A stretch of DNA of 64,000 nucleotides, taken from contig JBAMMA010000001.1 in the NCBI GenBank assembly GCA_039794005.1, positions 94,057 through 158,056 of the forward strand, written 5' to 3'. Both the position numbers and the translations under genes were made by a program. The notes under the pieces were generated by a model, which saw only the letters and a list, made by a program, of their open reading frames with translations, searched no databases and had not been told where the DNA came from. Shown one piece after another: positions 28,509 through 38,653 of the stretch (positions are counted from its first letter, which is position 1; every line of letters starts with the position of its first letter). Source of the DNA: Thermoplasmata archaeon (GTDB taxonomy: Archaea; Thermoplasmatota; Thermoplasmata; Thermoplasmatales; ARK-15).

Positions 28509-29237
28509 TCACTCCACTGCAAAACCATTATTTTTCAACACAAGTGATATATTTGTTTTCTTTAAAATATATGATGATTTTACAATTTCTAGTGTATAAT
28601 CATTTTCATCTTTATCTAACCTTAAAACACTATCCATCATTCTCATGATAGTGTTTAAATCATCAAAATCCTCAGCAATAAAGAGAACTGTTGAATTTTC
28701 AATATATCTAAAGAAATCAACAAATGCCAGCGCAGCCTCTTCAGGATCTACGCCTGTAGTATAAAATAGCTTTAAGGATGTTAGAGAATCTATGACAACT
28801 CTGGTAAACTTATTCTTTTCCATTATGTTTTTAATAGTAGACCTGAGATTGAATATATCGATTTCCCTTCCAGTTCCCTTCATCTTTACATCTCTCATCC
28901 TAATGACGTCCGTTACCTGTGTAACTTCCCTGTACGGGGCAATCTCTTTTTTCTTGGACGAAGGAACAGCATCAATTACATTTATTATATCTAAATTCCA
29001 CTGCATATTTTCAAAATCTTTCTTAACTTCGTATGCGGATTCATCCAATGAAACGTATAATACTTCTTCACCTTTTAAAGCCCCATCTATGAGGAATTGT
29101 AATCCAATTATTGTTTTCCCAGATCCGGGTTTTCCATACAGTATGTTTAATGAATTATCCCTTAATCCCGGATAATAGTTTTCAAGATTTAAAATTCCTA
29201 GGGAAACTGGCATTATTGTTTTTATCATAATCATCAT
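28509..29237 (-). CDS. KaiC/RAD55-like single-domain ATPase
   Basis: GKPGSGKT, QFLIDG, YVSLDE, VVIDSLT; start ambiguous among several Met codons. Confidence 0.85.
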   Translation of the reverse strand: MMIMIKTIMPVSLGILNLENYYPGLRDNSLNILYGKPGSGKTIIGLQFLIDGALKGEEVLYVSLDESAYEVKKDFENMQWNLDIINVIDAVPSSKKKEIAPYREVTQVTDVIRMRDVKMKGTGREIDIFNLRSTIKNIMEKNKFTRVVIDSLTSLKLFYTTGVDPEEAALAFVDFFRYIENSTVLFIAEDFDDLNTIMRMMDSVLRLDKDENDYTLEIVKSSYILKKTNISLVLKNNGFAVE

Positions 29238-29355
29238 TTAAAAATTTTTCATTTTCTGAATAAATTAATAAAGGTTGTTTATATAAAATAATTCATAATT
29301 TTCAATCCCTTTTTTAAATGGAAAAAAGTTAATATTTAATTTCATTATTACAATT

Positions 29356-29688
29356 ATGACATCTTTAGAAGTTTTGAAGGAAATAGTGAATAAACTTAAT
29401 AATAACCCAAATGCAAAGGAAGAAGTGAAGGGAACAAAGGATATTTTTCAGTTCAAGACAGAAAATCAGAATTATTACCTACAATTTAAAGAAGATGGAA
29501 GTGCCGAAGTATATGAGGGTATACATCCATCACCATCTGTAACGTTGACAGCCAAAGATTCAGATTTCACAGACATAATGACCGGAAAACTGGATGGTGT
29601 TAGAGCATTTTTCACTGGGAAATTGAAAATTTCAGGAAACGCGATGCTTGCAAATAAATTGGTAAATTTGATGAAAAAGCTGAAGTGA
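29356..29688 (+). CDS. SCP2 sterol/lipid-binding domain protein
   Basis: PSVTLT..DFTDIMTGKLDGVRAFFTGKLKISGN. Confidence 0.9.
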   Translation: MTSLEVLKEIVNKLNNNPNAKEEVKGTKDIFQFKTENQNYYLQFKEDGSAEVYEGIHPSPSVTLTAKDSDFTDIMTGKLDGVRAFFTGKLKISGNAMLANKLVNLMKKLK

Positions 29689-29694
29689 TCATAG

Positions 29695-31695
29695 ATGGAA
29701 ATCAAGAATATCGCCGTTATAGGATCTGGGGAGATGGGGCACGGTATAGCTGAGGTTTTTGCAATAAAAGGATATTCAGTCAACTTAGAGGATATTTCTG
29801 AGGAAATTCTAAAGAAAGCAAAGGATCAAATATTCGAAAGCCTAAAAAAGCTGGAAGAAAAGGGAAAACTAGGAAAGGAAAAGGCCGAGGATGTTTTGTC
29901 CAGAATAAATTTTACAACGAATTTCCAGGATGCTGTAAAGGATGCAGATTTGGTAATAGAGGCCGTACCTGAAAAGGAAGATTTAAAGAAAAAAATCTTT
30001 GCCGATTTAGAAAAATATACCAGAAATGACGCTATTTTAACAAGCAACACATCTAATATTAGAATAACGGATATTGCAAAAGATCTAAAATATAAAGATA
30101 GAGTTGCAGGTCTACATTTTTTCAATCCACCGGTAATGATGAAATTGGTGGAGGTAATTAAAGGAGAAGAAACATCTGAAAATACAATTAATACTTTAAT
30201 GGATATTGTAAAGAAAATAGATAAAACACCAGTAAGAGTAAATAAAGATTCACCGGGATTTATAGTTAATAGAATCAATGCTCCTGACATGTTATTTTTC
30301 TGCCTTTTAATTGAAAATAATGTTGCAACACCGGAAGAAATAGATGCATTTGCTAAAATGCAAGGATTACCAATGGGACCTTATGAATTAATAGATTATG
30401 TTGGAATAGATGTTGTATACCATTCAATGGAATATTATGCAAGAACATTGAATCCAGATTATGCAAAATGCAATGTCTATAAAGATCTTTATTCGAAGGG
30501 ATATCTGGGAAAGAAGACTGGAAGAGGATTTTATGATTGGTCACAGGGAAGGCCAAAGATCGATACAAATAAAGCCACGGACAAAGTGAGCTTATTAGAT
30601 TTATTTGCAATAGAAATTAATGAAGCTGTTAAGTTAATTGAAGAGGATGTTGCGAATCCAGAAGATATTGAAACGGCTGTAAAATTGGGTTTGAACAGGC
30701 CTTTTGGTCCAATTTCAGTTGCAAAAAGTTTAACAAATGCTGAAGTAAAAGAAAAGCTTGAAGAGTTGGCTAATAGGTTTAAAAATTCCGTTTTTGAACC
30801 AGCAGAAACAATAAAGCAGGGAAAGATGAGGGATGCCATAGACGGTTTATTAAAAAAGGAAAAGAAAAAGGAAACAACGGGTATTTCAATAGCTCAGGTA
30901 AAAGAGGAAACTAAATCCAAACAGGAGTATTCCACCATCATATTAGAAAAATACCCATTTAAAGTGGCAAAAATAATTTTAAACAGACCTAAGAATAACA
31001 CAATTACAGGGGAGCTTCTAGATGAATTAGAAAATGCAATAAGATCATTATGGAATGATCCTGAGGTAAATGTAATAGTTATTGCCGGTTCAGGTGAGAG
31101 GTTTTCTGCAGGTGCAGAGTTGTCCCAGTATTTCCCAAGCAGTTTTTCATTTTTGGAGTTTTCGAGGAAAGGAGAAAGGGTTTTCAGGCTCTTATCAGAA
31201 ATACCAAAAATAACCATCGCATCCATAAAAGGCGTTGCTTTGGGTGGTGGATTTGAACTCGCAATATCATGCGATCTAAGGGTAAGTAGTCCAGATGCAC
31301 AGCTTGGATTTCCAGAAGTTACCTTGGGTTTGATTCCAGCATGGGGAGGAAGCAACAGACTGGCAAAATTGATAGGGATTTCTAGAGCGATGGATTTAAT
31401 AATCACAGGTAGAAGGATTAATGGAAAAGATGCATATGAATGGGGGATCGTTAACAGACTTTCTGACAATCCGGATGAGGAATCGATGAATCTAGCAAAA
31501 TCAATAGCTGAAAATTCTGCACCAATTTCAGCTGCTTTGGCTAAAAGAATAATAAATAAAGGAACTGAAATTCCAATGGATGTAGGCCTTGAAATGGAAT
31601 CAATTGCAGCGGGTCTCGTATTTTCCACTGAAGATTTGAAGGAAGGTATATCATCATTTTTGCAGAAAAAGAAACCCGAATACAAGGGTAGGTGA
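29695..31695 (+). CDS. 3-hydroxyacyl-CoA dehydrogenase / enoyl-CoA hydratase fusion
   Basis: GSGEMGHGIA, EAVPE, SNTS, HFFNP, PMGP; C-terminal crotonase FSAGAE, GGGFELA, PEVTLG. Confidence 0.93.
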   Translation: MEIKNIAVIGSGEMGHGIAEVFAIKGYSVNLEDISEEILKKAKDQIFESLKKLEEKGKLGKEKAEDVLSRINFTTNFQDAVKDADLVIEAVPEKEDLKKKIFADLEKYTRNDAILTSNTSNIRITDIAKDLKYKDRVAGLHFFNPPVMMKLVEVIKGEETSENTINTLMDIVKKIDKTPVRVNKDSPGFIVNRINAPDMLFFCLLIENNVATPEEIDAFAKMQGLPMGPYELIDYVGIDVVYHSMEYYARTLNPDYAKCNVYKDLYSKGYLGKKTGRGFYDWSQGRPKIDTNKATDKVSLLDLFAIEINEAVKLIEEDVANPEDIETAVKLGLNRPFGPISVAKSLTNAEVKEKLEELANRFKNSVFEPAETIKQGKMRDAIDGLLKKEKKKETTGISIAQVKEETKSKQEYSTIILEKYPFKVAKIILNRPKNNTITGELLDELENAIRSLWNDPEVNVIVIAGSGERFSAGAELSQYFPSSFSFLEFSRKGERVFRLLSEIPKITIASIKGVALGGGFELAISCDLRVSSPDAQLGFPEVTLGLIPAWGGSNRLAKLIGISRAMDLIITGRRINGKDAYEWGIVNRLSDNPDEESMNLAKSIAENSAPISAALAKRIINKGTEIPMDVGLEMESIAAGLVFSTEDLKEGISSFLQKKKPEYKGR

Positions 31696-31699
31696 AACC

Positions 31700-32884
31700 A
31701 TGCGCGATGTATATATAGTAGACTTTTTAAGATCAGCATTCTCAAGATCCAGGCCAAACGAACCATCAAGGGATGTTTTCAATTCCATAAGAATGGATGA
31801 AGTCGTCGCAATGCTATTAAAGGAAATGATAAAAAGAAATAATATAGATCCTCTCAGGATTGGTGATGTAATAACGGGATGTGCACTACAGGCTGACGAA
31901 AATTGGCTTTATGGTGGAAGACATCCTATATTTTTGGCAAATCTTCCAGTGGAAGTACCTGCGATGGCAGTAGATAGGGCATGTTCATCATCAATGGTAA
32001 CTGCAGCAATCGGTTCATGGGAAATAATGACTGGTAATTCAGATATTGTATTTGCCGGTGGAATGGAGCATATGACACACGTTCCATTGAATAATAATCC
32101 GCATGTAGCACCTAATTATAAGTTGTTGGTGAGACCAGAATACATGAAATATAAGATGAACATAGGATATAGTATGGGTTTAACAGCGGAGGAACTAGCA
32201 AAGGTATCGGGAATAACGAAGGATGAAATGGATGAATTTTCATACAGAAGTCATATTCTAGCATCCAAAGCTTTACAGGATGGATACTTTAAAGGGGAGA
32301 TATTGCCCATAAAGGTTGAATATAATGGACAGATGATAACTGTTGATAAAGATCAGAGCATAAGACCTGATACCACATTGGAGCAGATAAAAAATCTCCC
32401 ACCAGCGTTTAAACCTGACGGTGTTATAACGGCAGGAAACTCATCACCATTGAATGCCGGTGCATCAATGTTAATGTTAATGGATGAAAAAACCATGGAT
32501 GAATATTCGCTTAAACCATTGGCAAGGATAGTTAGCTTTGGATGGGCAGGTGTTCATCCAGCAATAATGGGAGAGGGACCAGTTCCCGCAAGTAAAAAAG
32601 CATTGGAGAGGGCCAAATTAAAGGTAGAAGATATCGATTATTGGGAAATAAATGAGGCTTTTGCAGTAGTTCCATTGAATGCGATTAAAAAATTAAACAT
32701 CGATATAAATAGGGTAAATATACATGGAGGAGGAATATCAATAGGCCATCCATTGGGGGCATCTGGAGCCAGGATAATAGGAACATTGTCTAGGATATTA
32801 AAGGAGAATAATGGCCATTATGGGGTTGCAACGTTATGTGTGGGTGGTGGCCAAGGATATGCCACCGTCATTGAAAGGGTGTGA
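31700..32884 (+). CDS. Acetyl-CoA C-acyltransferase (thiolase)
   Basis: RACSSS, TAGNSS, EINEAF, GHPLGASG, LCVGGGQG. Confidence 0.95.
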   Translation: MRDVYIVDFLRSAFSRSRPNEPSRDVFNSIRMDEVVAMLLKEMIKRNNIDPLRIGDVITGCALQADENWLYGGRHPIFLANLPVEVPAMAVDRACSSSMVTAAIGSWEIMTGNSDIVFAGGMEHMTHVPLNNNPHVAPNYKLLVRPEYMKYKMNIGYSMGLTAEELAKVSGITKDEMDEFSYRSHILASKALQDGYFKGEILPIKVEYNGQMITVDKDQSIRPDTTLEQIKNLPPAFKPDGVITAGNSSPLNAGASMLMLMDEKTMDEYSLKPLARIVSFGWAGVHPAIMGEGPVPASKKALERAKLKVEDIDYWEINEAFAVVPLNAIKKLNIDINRVNIHGGGISIGHPLGASGARIIGTLSRILKENNGHYGVATLCVGGGQGYATVIERV

Positions 32885-32889
32885 TATAT

Positions 32890-34005
32890 ATGGATTTTGA
32901 TTTACCGCCAGAAATATTGGAAAAAAAGAAAAAAGTGAGGGAATTTGCCTTGAAAAATTTTGATATGGAAAAGGCAAAATATTACGATCTAAATGAAAAG
33001 TTCCCATTTGAAATTAGAAAAAAGGCACTTGAAGAAGGTATAATTGAATATGACCCATGGGCACTTTTAGTTACTATAGAAGAACTATTTAGGGTAGATC
33101 CAGGAATGGGTTTTTCAGTATTTTCACCATTTTTTGGAAATGAGAACATAATGTTATTAGGAACAGATTATCAAAAGAAGAAATATCTTGAGCCAGTACT
33201 GAGGGGAGAAAAGATAATGGGATTTGCTGTAACCGAGCCTGTAGCCGGAAGCGATGTGGCAGGAATTCAGAGCAGAATAGAAAAAAAGGACGGCAAATGG
33301 ATACTTAATGGGAATAAAATGTTTATAACAAATGGTTCCATTGCTGATTTCCTTGTTGTTCTGGCAAGGAATGGCCCACCCCCTTCACAGGAAAAAAGGC
33401 ATCATAACATGACATTTTCAATAGTTGAAATGAACTGGAAAGGTGTATCAAGAAATAAATTGACAGGTAAAATGGGTATGAGGGCATCAGATACGGCAGA
33501 AATAATATTCGAAAATGTAGAAGTACCTGAAGAGAATATTTTAGGCGAAGTAGGAAAAGGATTTTACATAGCCATGCAATTCTTTAACATATCGAGAATT
33601 TATGTTGCAGCAATGGCATTGGGTATTGCTCAAGGTGCTCTTGACAGATTATTGAATAGAGCGTACAATGATAAAGAATTTTCATCAAACGAGCATGTAC
33701 AATTTACAATTGCAGAAGTTGCAACAAGAATAGAAGCTGCAAGGCTATTAACTTATAAAGCTGCAACATATCTGTTCCAAATGAATCCGGATCCAGTTCT
33801 CACAAGTATGGCTAAATATTACGCAGCTGAGACTGGGACATATGCAACAGAGAGGGCATTATCATTATTAGGACTTGACGGTGCATTGACTGAGCTAGAA
33901 AGAATTTTTAGAGATGCAAAAATAAATGAAATTTGGGAAGGGTCGAGTGAAATTGAAGAACTAACAATATACAGAATGTTAATGAAAAAGTATGGAGGAA
34001 TATAA
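32890..34005 (+). CDS. Acyl-CoA dehydrogenase, catalytic-type subunit
   Basis: AVTEPVAGSD, NGNKMFITNG, KMGMRAS, RDAKINEIWEGSSEI. Confidence 0.92.
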   Translation: MDFDLPPEILEKKKKVREFALKNFDMEKAKYYDLNEKFPFEIRKKALEEGIIEYDPWALLVTIEELFRVDPGMGFSVFSPFFGNENIMLLGTDYQKKKYLEPVLRGEKIMGFAVTEPVAGSDVAGIQSRIEKKDGKWILNGNKMFITNGSIADFLVVLARNGPPPSQEKRHHNMTFSIVEMNWKGVSRNKLTGKMGMRASDTAEIIFENVEVPEENILGEVGKGFYIAMQFFNISRIYVAAMALGIAQGALDRLLNRAYNDKEFSSNEHVQFTIAEVATRIEAARLLTYKAATYLFQMNPDPVLTSMAKYYAAETGTYATERALSLLGLDGALTELERIFRDAKINEIWEGSSEIEELTIYRMLMKKYGGI

Positions 34006-35031
34006 ATGATAGATGAAGAGCATGCTGTTTTAGAATCAATAATAAAGGAGTTTGCCACAAAGGAAATAGAACCGAAGGTTAAATCAATTGAAGTTAATGG
34101 TATTGATCAAGACATATTGCAAAAATTGGTTTCACAGGGATTTTTGGGTGCTCTGGCATCTGCAGAAAATGGAGGCGCTAACTTGGATGACCTGGGATAC
34201 GCGATTTTATTAAGGGAGCTTGCATCATCAAGTCCATCGATTTCATTTTTGGTATTTTTGGAAAATTCATTTGTTATAAAATCCTTGAATAATGATCCCT
34301 CCATTAAAGACATTTCAACTGGTAGTTACCTTGGAACCTTTGCGTTTGGAAATTTAATTGGTATGAAAGAATATGGAAAAATCTCTATCGATGAAGGAAT
34401 AAGTGGTTATCTCAGAGCAGTATTTATGCCAGAAGCGAAGATTTTACTTGTTGATAATGGAAAAGGAGAGATTATTAAAACTGAAAATTGTCATGAAATC
34501 ATTAAAAACGAAGACCAACTGGGCTTCAGGGGCATAAAATTTTCAACTGTTGAATTGAACTGTAAAAATTATATCAAAACAGGTGTAAAAACTTCAGATA
34601 TAATGAGAAATATACATTTGCCAATTGCAGCCATGGCAATTGGAATTGCGAAAGGATCAATTATGAAAGCCATAGATTATGCAGGTCAAAGGGAGGCATT
34701 TATGCACAAGTTAAAAGATTTTGAACCAATAGCATTCAATTTATCAAAAGCATACTCTGAACTTGAAATATTAAACAATTACCTAATTGAAGCAGCGACA
34801 AACAGGGATTATAAAAAAGACCTGATGATTAAAACCTTAGCTCTTGATTTTGCCAAGCGTGCATCAAAGCTGGCATTGCAAACACATGGTGGCTATGGTT
34901 ATCTCTTGGATTTTGGCATTGAAAAGTTTTACAGAGATTCAATGTTTTTGTCTATAGTTTTAGGAAATGAACTATTTGATCTAAAAGATTTATCAAAGGA
35001 AGTATTTGGAGGCGAATCTGGATTCATCTAA
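34006..35031 (+). CDS. Acyl-CoA dehydrogenase-like subunit, divergent and probably non-catalytic
   Basis: YAGQREAF, QTHGGYGY, EKFYRDS present; TEP..GSD and catalytic EG absent. Confidence 0.85.
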   Translation: MIDEEHAVLESIIKEFATKEIEPKVKSIEVNGIDQDILQKLVSQGFLGALASAENGGANLDDLGYAILLRELASSSPSISFLVFLENSFVIKSLNNDPSIKDISTGSYLGTFAFGNLIGMKEYGKISIDEGISGYLRAVFMPEAKILLVDNGKGEIIKTENCHEIIKNEDQLGFRGIKFSTVELNCKNYIKTGVKTSDIMRNIHLPIAAMAIGIAKGSIMKAIDYAGQREAFMHKLKDFEPIAFNLSKAYSELEILNNYLIEAATNRDYKKDLMIKTLALDFAKRASKLALQTHGGYGYLLDFGIEKFYRDSMFLSIVLGNELFDLKDLSKEVFGGESGFI

Positions 35032-35051
35032 ATCATTTTTTTTTATTTTAT
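35032..35051 (+). terminator. T-rich archaeal terminator after beta-oxidation operon
   Basis: TTTTTTTTTATTTTAT immediately after the stop codon. Confidence 0.5.
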
Positions 35052-35247
35052 ACAGATATCTTATCATTAAATTAATTTAAAAGATCTTAGAGCATTTTTA
35101 ATAAATTTTATTAAACAGAATAACAGAATAGAAATTAATAAAAAACAAAGTTTTTAATTTAACACCATTATAATTTATTTATCAAATAAAAGAATAAAAA
35201 ATAATTTAAATTTAAAATCATTATTAATTTTAATAGGAGGTTTATTG

Positions 35248-36129
35248 ATGGAAATTATATCGGAAGAAGGAATGATCGATGAAGACATCATGATGGTCGA
35301 TGTAAATGGCTGGCTATATCCAAAAACCACATCCTCTTTTATAATATATGGAAAAGAGATCGGAATATTTGATCCTGGAGGAAGAACATCAGGTGAAAAA
35401 TTAATTAAAAGATTGAATGAAATGAAAATATCCGGTAAATTCATAAATTTCTTTGTTTCACACAGGCATGCCGATCATTCTGCAGGAGCCGCATATTTGA
35501 TAAATAGGATAAAGAATGGCATAATACATGCCCATCCAATTACAATAGCTAATTTAATAAATCCAGATAAAATAAATAAAGCAACAGTTGAGATGTATGG
35601 TAATCTGGGAGAAATAATTGAATATGTTAACAATGAATATTTACATGCTGTTGTAGAACCAAGCAAGATAGATTTAGGTAATGGTCATGTCATTGAAGTA
35701 ATCAATACTCCAGGCCATACCTCAGATCATCTCATGTATTATGATGAAAAATCACAATTTCTATTTTTGGGTGATGGGGCTGGATTATTCTCGCCTGAAT
35801 CTGGTATTCCATTGCCAAATTCTTTTCCTCCAAGCTTTAAATATGAAGAATATAGAAAATCGTTATTGAAGATAATGGATTATGAACCAAAAATTATAGG
35901 ATTTTCACATTATGGTTCGGTGAAGGGATCTGCTGTAAAAAAGATATTGAATTTATCAATAGAAATATTGGACGACTGGTACAAAATATTTACAGAAAAT
36001 GATAGACTTAATGCTGAACAGATTATATTTGAAAAATATTCCGATGATTTGAAGATATTTAGTCCGGATTTTAGAAATGAAATTTTAGAAATTATTATAG
36101 ATGGATTTTTTAAAAATCTGGTCAAGTGA
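35248..36129 (+). CDS. MBL-fold metallo-hydrolase
   Basis: SHRHADH, TPGHTSDH, GD, FSHYG; GGAGG RBS. Confidence 0.9.
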   Translation: MEIISEEGMIDEDIMMVDVNGWLYPKTTSSFIIYGKEIGIFDPGGRTSGEKLIKRLNEMKISGKFINFFVSHRHADHSAGAAYLINRIKNGIIHAHPITIANLINPDKINKATVEMYGNLGEIIEYVNNEYLHAVVEPSKIDLGNGHVIEVINTPGHTSDHLMYYDEKSQFLFLGDGAGLFSPESGIPLPNSFPPSFKYEEYRKSLLKIMDYEPKIIGFSHYGSVKGSAVKKILNLSIEILDDWYKIFTENDRLNAEQIIFEKYSDDLKIFSPDFRNEILEIIIDGFFKNLVK

Positions 36130-36135
36130 AAGATT

Positions 36136-37026
36136 ATGTTGAAGGTTATTGATATATGTAAAAGATTTGAAAATAAATTGGTTTTGGAAAATATATCATT
36201 TGAGATAAAAAGGGGTATGGTATTCTCATATCTAGGTCCAAATGGTGCCGGAAAAACAACTACCATTAGAATATTAAGTGGTATTTTAAAATATGATTGT
36301 GGAAAGATAATATTCAATGATGAAGAAATGTCCCCACATGATGTCAGGTTAAGAAAAAGATCAGGTCTTTTAACAGAAAATCCCGGTTTTTATGAAAGGT
36401 TTGATGCGATTAAAAATTTAAAGTTCTTTGGCAGTTTACATGGTTTGAATGAAAATGATTTAAATGATAGGATAAACCGGATGTTGAAGGAATTCGATCT
36501 CTTTGAATATAAGGACAAACCAGTGGGGACGTATTCAAAAGGAATGAAGCAGAAATTGGCATTAATAAGGGCTCTGATTCATGATCCAGATATTGTTTAT
36601 TTGGACGAACCAACCGCTTCATTAGATCCAGAAACATCCATTTTTGTCAGAAATTTGATTTTGAATTTAAGGAAAAATGGAAAGGGTGTTTTTCTCAGCA
36701 CGCACAATCTGAACGAAGCAGAGCAATTAAGTGATTGGGTAGCATTGATAAATAAAAAAATCGTTATCCAAGGACCTATTGAAAAATTAAAAAGTATGCT
36801 CTTTGGTAAAAATATCATAATAGAATTCCGGGGAGATTTGGAGAAAGTTAAAACGATACTCAAAGAATATCAATTTGAAATATATGATCATAAAATAAGA
36901 TTAAAAAACGTTGAAGATATTTCAAAAATTTTAAAGGAGCTAATCTATGGAGATATTAATGTTTATTATGTTTATCAGGAGGAGCATAATCTGGAAGAGA
37001 TATATCTGGAGATGATATCAAAATGA
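36136..37026 (+). CDS. ABC transporter ATP-binding protein (ABC-2 type)
   Basis: GPNGAGKT, YSKGMKQ, YLDEPT, STH. Confidence 0.93.
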   Translation: MLKVIDICKRFENKLVLENISFEIKRGMVFSYLGPNGAGKTTTIRILSGILKYDCGKIIFNDEEMSPHDVRLRKRSGLLTENPGFYERFDAIKNLKFFGSLHGLNENDLNDRINRMLKEFDLFEYKDKPVGTYSKGMKQKLALIRALIHDPDIVYLDEPTASLDPETSIFVRNLILNLRKNGKGVFLSTHNLNEAEQLSDWVALINKKIVIQGPIEKLKSMLFGKNIIIEFRGDLEKVKTILKEYQFEIYDHKIRLKNVEDISKILKELIYGDINVYYVYQEEHNLEEIYLEMISK

Positions 37027-37802
37027 ATCTCAAAAATGTTAATATAATATTCAAAAAAGATTTAGAAGAATTATTAACATTGAATATCGTGAAATTTTCA
37101 ATAATATTTTTTCCCATGTTATTTTTATTCATTTTATCATCCGTTTTAATAATATCATTCTATCAGATAGGTCATCTGAGCAATCTTCCACTGAGTACAT
37201 TTCCGGTAAATAGTGGAAATATACACAATTTAGAAATATTCTATTACATTGCACTAAATTATTTAATACTACTATCTGTTGTTCCACTAGGTCTTTCCAC
37301 AACGATTGCTTCATATAGCATTGTAGGCGAAAAACAACAGAAAACGATAGAACCAATACTTGCAACACCCCTGGATGATAGGGAACTCTTTTTTGGAAAA
37401 TTACTGGCCCCTCTGATACCCACATTAATCGCATCGTATATTTCAATTTTTATCTATACAATAATAGCAGATTATCTCTCCTTAAATCTTGGAGGTATAA
37501 TATTCCCAAATATACAATGGCTTATAATCGTATTTATATTTATTCCATCATCTACAGCATTGGAAATTTTGTTTACCCTTCTCTTCTCCTCAAGGGTTAC
37601 AGATCCAAGATCCGCACAACAAATTTCAGGAATGATAATTTTACCCATTATTATAATATTTATATTGTCGTTATTCTACTACAGTTATGAGCCAATTTTA
37701 CTCTCTATCATGACAATCGCGGTAATTATATCTGACATATTTTTATTCAAAATAGCTGTGAAATTGTTTGATAGGGAAAGAATAATAACGAGGTGGATTT
37801 GA
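37023..37802 (+). CDS. ABC-2 type permease
   Basis: About 6 TM segments, SIVGEKQQKTIEPILATP, GK motif. Confidence 0.88.
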   Translation: MNLKNVNIIFKKDLEELLTLNIVKFSIIFFPMLFLFILSSVLIISFYQIGHLSNLPLSTFPVNSGNIHNLEIFYYIALNYLILLSVVPLGLSTTIASYSIVGEKQQKTIEPILATPLDDRELFFGKLLAPLIPTLIASYISIFIYTIIADYLSLNLGGIIFPNIQWLIIVFIFIPSSTALEILFTLLFSSRVTDPRSAQQISGMIILPIIIIFILSLFYYSYEPILLSIMTIAVIISDIFLFKIAVKLFDRERIITRWI

Positions 37803-38653
37803 TGGATCTTTCAATATATGGTCATTTCAACATCGATATTTTGATTAATGTAGAGAAATTGCCCAATAGGCCTGGATCAATCCCGGGTAAAAATACAAGG
37901 ATAAGGCCTGGTGGAACCGGAAGAAATATTGCCAAAATTGCCGGCATGTTGGGTATAAAAAATGAACTCATCACTTTTGTTGGGAAGGGTTTCCCGAAAG
38001 AATTCATAGTGGATGTATCAAACTTTTCAAATATTGATAAAATAAAGGTGGATGAAAATTTTGGATATTCGCCTGTATGCTTTATAATAAGTGATGTAAA
38101 TGAACAGATGGCAATAATAGATCAAGGTCCCATGGAAAAGCCAGAAGAAATTTTGATGCCCGATGGTAAATTTGTAATTTTTTCCACGGGTGATCCAGAA
38201 TATTATATAAAAATTAAGAATTCAATAAGAGATAAAATAATATCTTTTGATCCGGGTCAGGAGATCTTTTATAGATATGATAAAGAAAAGATTTATTCTT
38301 TAATGAACAATACCGAATTTTCATTTTTCAATGAAAATGAATTTAAATATTTATTGAATTTTTTTGGTGAGAAAGATCTTTTGAAATTGTCTAGAAATAT
38401 TATTGTAACGTTGGGAGAGAAAGGATGTATGTTGATCAACGATAAAAAGATAAGATTGGATGCATATAAAACAGAAAAAAAAGAAACAGTCGGGGCCGGC
38501 GATGCTCTGAGGGCAGGATTCTTATACGGTATACTGAATCATTACGATTTAATTAATTCATGCAAAATAGGTATGAAGGTAGCTTCTTATTTAATCAAAA
38601 ATGGAAGTTTGGATATAAAAATAGATGTAAAGGAAATCATTGAATCTCTTTGA
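37802..38653 (+). CDS. PfkB family kinase (nucleoside/carbohydrate kinase)
   Basis: GGTGRNIA, FDPGQ, NENE, VTLGEKG, TVGAGDALRAG. Confidence 0.9.
   Translation: MDLSIYGHFNIDILINVEKLPNRPGSIPGKNTRIRPGGTGRNIAKIAGMLGIKNELITFVGKGFPKEFIVDVSNFSNIDKIKVDENFGYSPVCFIISDVNEQMAIIDQGPMEKPEEILMPDGKFVIFSTGDPEYYIKIKNSIRDKIISFDPGQEIFYRYDKEKIYSLMNNTEFSFFNENEFKYLLNFFGEKDLLKLSRNIIVTLGEKGCMLINDKKIRLDAYKTEKKETVGAGDALRAGFLYGILNHYDLINSCKIGMKVASYLIKNGSLDIKIDVKEIIESL

Noticed and set aside
30894-31769. 291 aa minus-strand ORF
   Set aside because: Antisense shadow of the enoyl-CoA hydratase domain; no motifs and Ser/Ile/Phe-rich mirror composition
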